A stretch of DNA of 64,000 nt. Origin: Phallusia mammillata. Its lineage: Eukaryota. Below the pieces are notes generated by a model, which was not told the origin of the DNA, did no database searches, and worked only from the letters and a program-made list of their open reading frames with translations. Location: positions 12,710,001 through 12,774,000 of the forward strand of contig OZ281498.1 of the NCBI GenBank assembly GCA_965637545.1. Reading direction: 5' to 3'. The first letter of the stretch is position 1, and each line of letters begins with the position of its first letter. A program made the position numbers and the translations under genes. Shown here piece after piece: positions 49,501-60,410 of the stretch.

Positions 49501-52500
49501 TACCATTCATAAAGAGTAAATGCCACGCCAGATTTTCATTAGGCAATTATAAGTTCGACATATTTTTCCATTGGCAGATCATTAAAGCAAGCCACCAAAC
49601 CTAAGCTGTCACTCTAGCGGGGCTAAAAGATCATGCGCAAAACACATTAAACAAAAACTTACTTATATCCAAACTCTTTCGATTTCGGCCACGCTTAAAT
49701 GCTCGCGAAAGAGATCCCGACAGATGTTGGACCAATTTCTTTTTTCTTGCGTAGGATGGACCAAGAGATCCTCCGTTCGAAATGGGATCAATCTGGACAT
49801 CTTCACTGGAGGAAGAGTGAGTTCCTCCTGGAACCTGACCGAAGCAATGACGTGGGGAGACAGGAGATGGAGTCGGGATGAGAAGAGGATCCTGACTGTG
49901 TGAGGATGTGTTCGGCTCCGTCCCTGCATCCAAGGGAACAGTTTTTTTTCAATTGTAGAAATACAGAAAAAAACTAAATTATGTTCGACGTATTATTGTA
50001 AAATATATTTGTGTTTGTCGTAAGCAACAAATCGCTTAAACGGGTCGGGGACATGGAATAATTTAATAAAAGAAAACGATCGGCAGCAAATTTGCTTTAC
50101 ACCAACGTTTGAAGTAGGCAAAATCAGCATGTGTTTCTGGGTCAATATTGCTTAATATTGGTTCAATATCGCTTAACACACAAACAGATTAAAGTCCACC
50201 ACCACCCATAGGCAGAACGCGTCGCATTTACAAGGGCCTCATATTGAAATTGCATATTCAAACTAGGAAGTATTTGCTCGGTTTGGATTTGCTTCCCTAT
50301 TGTTTGCTAAGTTTCGATAGCCACTTATCGAAATTTCTGTTTGCAGTTAAGCAATTAGCTTTTTATTAGTTTCGCCTGTAAACAGAACTTTCACACGCCC
50401 CCGTGCAAGCAATTAATGCTCGTTGAGACAAACGTACCTGGCAAGTTGATTGATTTATGATTGGTAAAGCTTTCTTCCACTGAGACATGCATTGAACGAC
50501 GTTTTGAACTTTGAACTTGAACAGCTGACTGCCGCACCTGGATTTCAAAGAGTATTGCTAACGTTTGCAGTTCTAATTTGGGATAACGTGTAAGCACCGT
50601 AACATTTTTTTTAAATGAGCAACAAAGCTGATTTAAAAAATAAATAGGCGATTATTAAGCTTACCGCCTGTAACTCAGATTCAAGTTCCTTTATCTTGCG
50701 TTCGTTACAAACGAGTTCGTTTCTCAGTGAACTGACGACCTCGGTAAGATCCTGATGACGTCGTGATATGTCGTTACGCTCACGTGACAAGCGACTTCGT
50801 TCGTCATCGCCTTCTTTCATAATGTCTTCGCTTTCCTATAATTCAAACAGTTTAATTTAAAAAAATCAAATACAGGGTTGTAAGATGTTAAATTCTCAAC
50901 AGCAATCGAGTTTTGTTAAAAAACAGATGATTTACTTTCATTTGTAGTTCAAACTCTCGGATAAAATCGCGCAGTTGTTCCTCTTTATCTTCTATTGTCT
51001 TCTGCATCTCATGGATCTGATTGAGAAGTTCAGTCTTGTCTTGTTTCAGACGTTGCCGCTCGCTTTGCAGAGCTATCACACAAAAAGACAGAACAATGAA
51101 AACCTTGTCAGCCTTTTGTGTTTGCCAAACACAATAAGAGTTTGCACACAAGTGCATTGTTGACCTCAATCTACCAAATTCGGGGACGATTATCCTGGGG
51201 CATACCAGCGCTTTTAGTCTGCACTGACCTGGTTGGTGGTCAAATTGCTGTTTAAATAACAACAGATCACTGGGAACAATGGCGATTTCAAGGTAATCTG
51301 ATTTACCTTGTAACGAGTCCTTGTTCCGGATTTCGCTGTTACTGATTTGTTGCTTTAGATTTGCGATCTCCTTCAGCAGCTGCCGATTGCTTGAGCTCAG
51401 TGCCTTGTTGTCTTCCATCACTTTGTTCATTTCCCTTGTTTCTGCGCAAAGTCAACCACCCTATTGTAAATTTTGCGCGGAACTAGGTCAAATCCTTTAA
51501 ATCCCGTGCTTGCGAATGAAACATATAGTTTGAAAGTATAACCTGGGTGTTTCCCTTAGTCGCCTTCCAATCGCTTTTACTGCAGGAACTGTGAGTTAAT
51601 CTGTGCGATTTCCGACGATTTAGTGCCAAGCTATATTTTTGTGCTTCAGTTTTATAAACAAAGAAAACTCCAGCGTAAACAACAGATTTTCTGCACCACT
51701 CGCCTACAAAACTATTTAATAGCCTCAACCATATAGTTGGTTTAGCGTTTATTGTGTTGTGGACTCAAAATGAGAAAAAGGTCTCCACAGGCCCACATGT
51801 TGCACTTTCGACATGGTCTTTCTTAAATGTCAACATCCCTGCTCTATCAATAAATCGATGCCTACGTGTTGCTTTGATCAAATATTGTTTTACCTTGGCA
51901 ATGGGCACAGACGTCTTTCACCATCGATAACTCGCGCAGTTTTTGGTTTGTCATGTTCAGCTCAACGCGGAGGGTGTTCACTTCGTGATTGGCAGATTGA
52001 ATTGTGCCGTCTATATGCGTTGCCAGACGTTTATTGTTATCGACCATCTTTTTAAATTTTGTCTGCAAATATTGGCAGAGTAATGTTAAGCCTGCCCTGT
52101 TAAGCACAAAGGCGAGAGCAAGGTGTGTTTTAACGATAATGAGAACACTCAACATGGTTAAAAACATTTTAAATTTAACCCTGTAAGTTTTTTTTATAGA
52201 TAATTTTATAGATACCTGTGCATCCATAAGAAGACCACGCATCAACGTCAGTGAGGCATGTAAAGCGTCACGTTGCTGTGGTAACAAAGCGCTGTGGTCG
52301 AGAACAGAGTTGGTAAGATCAGACACGTTCTTCCGGTTTGTACTGTTCAGCGATGAGCTGAATATGAACTGCAGAATCTGTTCACTTAATGAGTCCAAAG
52401 ACTGAAGTGCTGTAAGAAAAAAAAGAGGGGATTTCGCACATTGCGTTCGTTTTGCAACACCAAAACAATGAATGAATTTGTTCAAACGGCTGTCTGCAAT

Positions 52501-55500
52501 GCTTTATGCAGGTTTATCAACGGTTTTCTGGTTCGAAATACTATTGCAAGGGTGCTAAACGTGGTCATGCAAACTGTGGTGACAAATAAGAATGATGTCC
52601 TGACAGACACTACTCGTTAATCGCACTTCAGGCATTCAGTGCCATCCTCGTGCTGACGAAAAACAGCAACAATGAAGAACAGCCTATCACATTTCACGCG
52701 CCACAAGCACCTAAGATCGTTCCACACTCAATCACGAGTTGTGACCGGAAAAAAGGGGGAACAAAAAGCGGCAAACTTGCGGCTGCGAGGTGTTAACGCG
52801 ATCGCAGCGGGATAAAACCCTGGTGACGACTGAACGGTAAACAGTCAAGTTGGCGCTTTTCGCGTCGGTCGGTCAACAACAATTGTCTGGTCGGATCCAC
52901 GGGCAGCAAAAACACAAGGGGGCTTACTGTGTCTTGGCGACTGGCAAATTATGATCAAGTGCGCTGGTGTGTGTCATACAAACAAGACACAAACCGCTGG
53001 TATCCGACTGTCAGTCAAACTAAACCTGGCTGCAGGCCACTGACCAACGGCATTGATACCACTCAACGTCGACCTCGTCTGAATCACAATGATCGACAAC
53101 TAAGCACTACATACATTGTATCTGCTGAAATCACAAGAATATTTGTGGTACTCAATATACACTGCAACCTGCAACACAACAATGACTGTTTGTCTTGCAT
53201 GCAGTGACTGTAACGATTTCAATCACAGAGGCCGAAGGCTCGTTGCGGTCGTTTGCTGGTTCGCCTTGAATAATTGATGCTAGACTGGTGCACTGCCTTG
53301 TCTTCTACATTGTACGTCGCAACGCCAACTTGCATTACCCATGTTCATTGTGCGTTGATTGGGATCAGTCAGTACCTGCGTTTTGTGTACGTTCGGTCGA
53401 ACATGAGTGCCTGACTCACCGCGTAATCCCACCCCCGGCTTGTGAGCTTTCATTTCCATGCCAACAGCAGCGCCTGCTCGACTGGTGACGAAAAGTTGAG
53501 GCAATAACAACAATGTTCACCCATGCGAGTCGACACGGGTGTCCGTTTTCGCGCATAAACATTCTGATGAAAAACACTGAGTTGCCTTCATACCACAATA
53601 CAACAGTACTTTGACCCGTAGTTTGTAAATCGGTCTATATAATTACATACCTGCTTTTAATTTCGGGTTCTATAACAGCGCACTCGCTTTACTTTAATTC
53701 ACCTCCTTCAATTTGCTGGACTCCTACAAGCCTGCTATTATAAACTGCATTAACTCGCACAGTTGACTGCCTTGAAAGGATTTTAAATCGCTACCTCTGA
53801 ATCCAACCTACGTATCTAATCAGAGGCTTTGTTGGGGAGTACTACCGCTAAACGAGAATTCGATAAACAACACAGTCTGTGCGAGAATTCCCATGACAAA
53901 TCATTGTAATAATTCTTGATCCCAGCTGTGTTCATTATCGAATCGACGACAATCAACGTTGATTACGAGATTGGTCGCCTCTAAAATCAAGTTTGTCTTA
54001 AAATTACTAAAAATCTCGTCCGGCCCTTTTTGTGCATAAACACTTGCCATAAACCTTCCAAAATGAATGGATCGTTTTTGGGGGCAGCGCGATCTGGCTG
54101 AAATGGTTCCTTGAACTAATTTTAGCAGCTAGTTTAAGACAAGTATAAAACAGGCTGTAAAGCTCACCGACGTGACTGGCACTAGGGTAATGTGTTACCT
54201 ATTAATATAAGGATATTGGCATTACGCAAACTCCAAGACTGAGAACAAACAAATGACGCGACACTCAAGAGCAACGACTATCAACCGACCATATGTGGGC
54301 TGATACCTCGCGACCAAAACGGTAAATTAGATAATAGCACAGATGATGTTTCGAATTCGAACATTGTTTGGTTTGAAACAAACAGCACAAAAACGTGTCG
54401 TGTTACTCTTTAATCTGAGCACTCTTTCGCAACGCCGGTTAGAACTGACATCATTGGTTTAATTACGTTGCGTAATGGCGTAACCGTCACCCCGTGTAAA
54501 AAGTGTGACCCGTTAGGCAATTTATTTAGTTACCTGTTTATCTCAACAAACATTTTTGCTGACAGATTAGTACTATTGCAAGTTTTGACAGAAGTTTTGG
54601 TATCAACGTTTGGCCCAAAAACATGGCAAGCCAAAAAACGTCAAAACACATGTAAACAACTCACACATTTTCCGGTGTAGTTGTTGCATGCTATTAGTAT
54701 CCAATTTTTTGAAACGAAAACTACAAATGTCGAAACAAATTGAATTTACATGTTGAATGAATACACTCTCCAGACTTTAAGCACACAAGTTTGTACAAAA
54801 AACGTTTACTTATTACGTCGCCGCGCACAAGATGCAATACAATACCTGTTTCCACAGCTCCAAATTTACTTGTATAAGCCGATACGAAAGAAACTTCATG
54901 TCTGTCGTTTGGTGGTTGTTCTTCACTTTCTGCAGACTCGCTCTTGTCTGGTACATTAGCAACTTGCTGAGCCTTGCGAGTTGAAATAACAGTCACAGTA
55001 TCGGCAAAAGACACACTGCGCTTGGGCGTCGAACGGTAAGTACTTTCCATCAGCAAGCATGATGTCATTTTGCCGACTCGACAAGCACTTGAGCTGGTGT
55101 GAGTTAGGAGATAAGACAGAGTTGAGGACTGTACTTGTGTGTTCAAGCAATCCCTATTTGAGCTGCATAAAACACAAACCGCTCGATTACGCTCTTGCAC
55201 AGGTGAACGTTTAAATACTTCAATTCTCCGTCAAAACAACCTGCATCTCGACTGTCAGTCCTCTGGGATAACAAACTAGCACTTGCGTCGTAATAGACAA
55301 GCTTGTTGACTGCTGTACACTATTGATTGCGGATTGTTATCAACAGTAGAAGGTTTCACCTACGTCGCGACAGTATAACAGAAAAAGGGCGTCGCCAAAC
55401 ACAATCGAGTGCCAAAGCTGTTTGTTGAAACAGAAGAGATTATCTCCGCTGTCCTACTGTGCGCCAAAAGCCGCCAACGGGCAGAGGGGCAAGGCAGCAT

Positions 55501-58500
55501 TTGTTTGCTTTTGCGCCAGACGAATTAAACGCCTGTTCCTGACCTGCCAACACAACAACATACACTGGCAAGATATTGTCTACGTCACAAAGGCCTTGCC
55601 ACACGCGCAGTTGCTTGAAAACACGGGTTCGCGTTGTCCCGTTGTTAGCTAAGAGCAAACATTACGCGTGGTGCACAGTCAATGCTAACAGGATGTTCCA
55701 GGATCTGGTAAACAGCGCCAAAACCATGTACCGTTTTAAGTTAATTGCATTGCGCAATGTTATACACACACCATAAAGTATTTGAAACCGTTATACATGT
55801 ACTAAAAAGACATGGCCAGTGTGCTTGCCTTTCATTAAAATTTTGCCAAACTAGACGAATAAAAGCGCAACGTTTGTTGAACGAATGATTTATCTGTAAG
55901 TACTGACAACTGGCTTCATAAGAATCTTTTAGGTTGTTGATTATAGTGTACATTTATTGCCAAGCGGCGACACACAAAATACCTTAACAGCCGACTGCCC
56001 TAAACAAGAAAAAAATTAAAGTTAAACTTAAATCTGTTTGCGTAAGCAGCTGTGCTTGGCAGAAGTCTAAACAAGCTGCGGCTAAGTTAAACATAAATCA
56101 TAAATGTCAAAACTTTTTGATATGTATACTTTAGCGTCTGGTGTTTCACGAAGGTCCCCCTGAAGCTCTTTGAAGTACCACAGAGCGACAAGAATAGGAG
56201 CGGGGCAAATCACGTACGATGTCGGCCGGGATTTGGGTCGTTAATTGTGAGCAGCAAATTGTTAATTGGTACTTATGCGCCGCCGTTCCCAGGCAACCTA
56301 TTCACAGTGACACCACAGCTTTTCGTAACTACGTCGCGTTGGGTAAATAATATCACCAGGCGACTTGCAACGTTTTTTTTTGTTGCAAGGTAAATTAACA
56401 CGGATGTTTCAAAGCCGGAAACAATATAACAGAGTAGTTTAAACCGCCTTGAAATTTCATAAACCGATCGCAACGATAGGTTTAGTTGACATTCGGTTAC
56501 AAAAAAACGTTTCGAAACAAGTTTCTGTGAAAATGTTACAGAAAATAAAACCATTAGTAAACCATTGCATGCACTACGTTGAAAGCGCAAAATAAAAACG
56601 TAAAGCGAGATTATTTGCACTTATACAAATAGTACAACCCCCGTAGCAAGAAGACTTCGCCTCGCAATTTCAGTAAGCTTTCCCTACGTTTTTACAGTAA
56701 AACTTATATTAATGTCCTGCTTATATTAGAGATCAGACGGTCCCTATTTGTAGCAATGCAGTGAAAAGTTCAACTGACGCCAAATGCAAAAGCGACGCTT
56801 GGAGCTTTGATCAAACCAGGTCCTGACCCTATTGAACTGAGTAAAGAAAATAAACCGACTTCCTCCGAAAGCTTCATGGGTGACATAAATCCATTGAGCT
56901 GTCGGTCCAGCATCTATTCATTTGCTGGAAAGCGTCTAACTTAATTTCTGTTTTTCTATAGCTCTGCACCTGCCTGATAGCTCAAAGAAGCTTTAGATGC
57001 CCAGTGTTGCAATGTCATTGCAGCAATAAATACCCGAGTCCCGTTAAAGTTCAGTGAAGCGTTAGAGAGTAATAACTAAAATCGGAAACTATAGTCTAAA
57101 ATGGTGGAACATGTCATGCAGATAAAATTAAATCAAATCGGACGATTTTCAAGCAACCAAACTGTGACATTTCCGTAATCAAAGCAGCAAGGTAAAAAGT
57201 TTACTACCGTATAAAAAAGCTTTCGAATAAGTTGTTGCGATATACTGGTCAGAGACCGAGCTTAAATAAACTTAAACCCTTTTTTAAATTTTTGCTAGGA
57301 TAATATGACAAAACGATCATACCAAAAATACAGTAGGTTATTTGTAGGCTAAACTGCGACTGCAACAAAAACAACAAACATGCTAACACTCTTCAAATCT
57401 CGTCTGAGCAAGTTCAACTTCGAGCAAACGGCAACAACATTCCATGTCTAAGCGTCTGCTTGGTTAAATGGCTCTCTGGTGAGCTTGCTATGGAGTGAGG
57501 GAGTTTGTACATCTGTCAACTTGACTTTTGGATTCGTACTTGTTCTTTGGCTAACGTTTGGCTTGCCCAAGCACGCTGCAAGGGTTGTTCAAACTGACCC
57601 AACTCTACAGGCCAAGTGGGCTTTTGCTATCATAGCTTCGTGAAGTTGAAAAGCCTGTTAGAAGTGCATCGACACGACAGGCATTGCGTCATTTTTTCTT
57701 TGTGTAAGAATGCGAGAAATATTATGCAATTATACGACGCAATGCATATATGCACCATTTGGAATGATTTGATTCGGTTTCATACTACGTCAAAACGTAT
57801 TTTTTAATGTTTTCCGTTGGGAGTACTTCAAGATGTAGAAACGCTTGTGACGTTCATCTTTAGTCAGACCAAATGCAAACCATGCTACAAAACCCAAACC
57901 ACATCAAATCGGCCTGAAGCTGACAGATACTTCAACGTGACCCTCCACGCAAATTCCTGTCATTTGCAAATTAATGCCAATGGCGGATTATACGATTAAT
58001 GACTTCAAAGCGCTGTCCATCAGCTGTGGTTCCGGAGTGAGCATTTTTCGAAGTGTTGACCAAATAAGTCAATGCAAAACGCGACGCGGTTCAACCTTGC
58101 AAAGTTGCAACGCCCGGGGTCGCAGCAAAGCGCCAATCGTAAGTGCAGAGACCGTATCTGGCATCCCAAACAAAAACTCGTTTTTCGCATTCGATTTGGA
58201 GGCTTCTTAAACGAAATAAATGGCTTTTGGACGCGAATAAAAGTCACTTAATCAACAGACTGACATTCATAACAATTCATGGCGTAAATTGAGTATGCAT
58301 ACATGTTATTATACCGACATTAGACCAGAACACCTTATCACATTGAAACTATTGTAATGCCCACCCCAACCACATGTATGAAGATAACATTATTTATCAC
58401 ACATATAATTGGCTCTTCACCAAAAATCTGTTTGGGAAAGTTGTAAGTATTTTAACATTGCCTCGAATTTTTAATCAAACTAGTTTAGGACAGCAAACGC

Positions 58501-59367
58501 AAAACTAAGTTTTAGGAAACGGAACCAAACAAACAATACTGCACATTCCTGCCCATGTTAAATTGCTCAAGCTTGTTATTTCAATGGAGGAGATGCCACA
58601 TCCTCATTGGCATGCGATGTTAAACACAAATTGTAGTGTTGGAGGGCGCAACTACTTGAGACAGAAGTGGACGAACAAGCACGACTCGCCATTGTCATTA
58701 GGCACAACTGCTGCGATAAACGGCTGACGCAGTTTTTAAATGCGATACTGCCACATCGAACTGTCCTCTAAGCAAAGATAAAACAGGCTTCCGTTCTTTG
58801 GGATTGTTTGTCTTTGCCCCAGCGCACACCTTGCGTTGAATTGTTTTTACTGGAACTGCTAATGAAAAGCACTACACATTCCAAGCTACTTGTGCGCACA
58901 AAGCGATTTGTCCATAGTCAACACATAGGTAAGAACTCATTCAAAAGTGCACAACGGGTGTCCATGACAGACGAGAATTTAAACAGATACATCACAGTGC
59001 CAGTTTCCCAGGATTTACACCCTTATGTCTACCACCAAACTGACGTCTAGCCGACAGTGTTTGGATCCACTATTGAACAGTGGACAGTCGGCTCAAATAA
59101 CTTGGAGAATTGTTTGACGCTAAACACCTAGAGCGTATGTGTGTTTGGCTTCCTTTGCGTGTCACATAACTGCTACAAAAATGTCTATTTTGAAACAATA
59201 AACGACGGCAAAGGGGCTTAGACTAGCTGAAATCAGCAGTTGCTGGCGAAACCCTCCATGGCAAACATTATCAAGTTTACAACGTAAGATGAACAAACAA
59301 ACTTACCGGTAGACAAATATTCTTTTGAAGCTGATTTTGATTCATTGTCTGGCACAGCGTCTTCCAT
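43503..59367 (-). CDS. KAZN: Kazrin (coiled coil plus three SAM domains, liprin-related), about 739 aa with the distal first exon
   Basis: 16 exons (minus strand): 59367-59307, 52409-52216, 52062-51894, 51441-51307, 51072-50936, 50835-50665, 50537-50438, 49923-49663, 46874-46772, 46314-46221, 45567-45449, 45059-44822, 44636-44534, 44425-44260, 43964-43859, 43565-43503. Total 2220 nt, in frame. Recognisable kazrin strings: MVDNNKRLATHIDGTIQSA, EEQLRDFIREF, GSLSRAFKRGRNRKSLD, WKADAVLVWLELVM...CAENIKSGKVLL, LDHWWVSEQWLRDIGL, GVHGA...MASALGIP...RRHL. The first and last exons are less certain. Confidence 0.9.
54846..55068 (-). CDS. KAZN: Candidate alternative first coding exon of kazrin (MTSCLLMESTYRSTPKRSVSFAD...AVET)
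   Basis: An ATG-initiated, stop-free 223-nt segment ending in phase 1 at donor CAG|GTATTG, matching the phase-1 acceptor at 52409. A polypyrimidine-CAG acceptor lies upstream at 55163. No transcript evidence. Confidence 0.45.
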
Positions 59368-60410
59368 TTGGAACCATTAAACCAACAGCAAAGGCAAAGT
59401 AATTATCACTGTAGCCTAAAACAGCCTTTAAACATCAAAAGTGCCTTGGGGTAATGTTAAAAATGTTAACGAAACAGTGCAGTGCTGAACAGGGCAAGCA
59501 CTATATAGCTTACTTATTCAGCATTGTCAGTAGCAAATCTTTTAGATCAGACTTACCACAGTTTTATTATTGACTGCTTACAATTCTATTCAGACAAACC
59601 TGCTGGAATTGCCATGCTGATTCTGTCTAAGTTATACATCCTGAAAATGCAGCATAAAACTAAACTGTGCCTCTATTTAACACGATAGCATGTTCCTAAT
59701 TCAGTCGTTAAGTATTTTAGGTCTTGAGCTTTACCCTGCACACAATTCCACAGCACTTCTCATACAACTGACCAAAGCGCCGCTTATCAGCCCTTCCAGC
59801 AGCACGTTTAACACATCACGCCGCTTCAGACAATTGTCTTCCGCGCGCTCAGTTTGAGATGAATAATTGTTCGCCCCTGCCCTCTGCTGGAATTGTTTTA
59901 TTGCTTCAAATTCCCAGCGGGGTACAGCAACGCTCTCGATCTCATTAAATATTTGACGAAACCGTTTTATCGTTCACACAACAGCGACGAGTTTGTCGCA
60001 AAATTTACTCAATGTTATGAGTATTTTCAAAAAGAGATTTTTACATTAGAAAATATGTAACCGAAAAACTCTACCATTGAAATACTTCTACGGATCTTAT
60101 ATAACTTACTAATAATATGTTTCACAAAATTTCCTCGTTTTACTAAAAGTCATTTGAAACGTTTTTATGATTTCTTTAGGTGTCCACAACTTTTTATTTG
60201 GGGAATGAAAAGAAACCTAAAACTGGAAACACCCAACACAAGAAGTAGCATAACATAGCACCCATTGTTCATGCGCCATACCGAGGGGTTTTAATGTCTA
60301 GCTCAATTCACATTTTTCAGCTTTTGTGTTTTATCTTTTGTGTGAACTCGGTGTTGTGTCTTCTATCAAAGTAGCTAGTGATCCCGTATCTGGTTGTAAG
60401 CTTTTACGCA

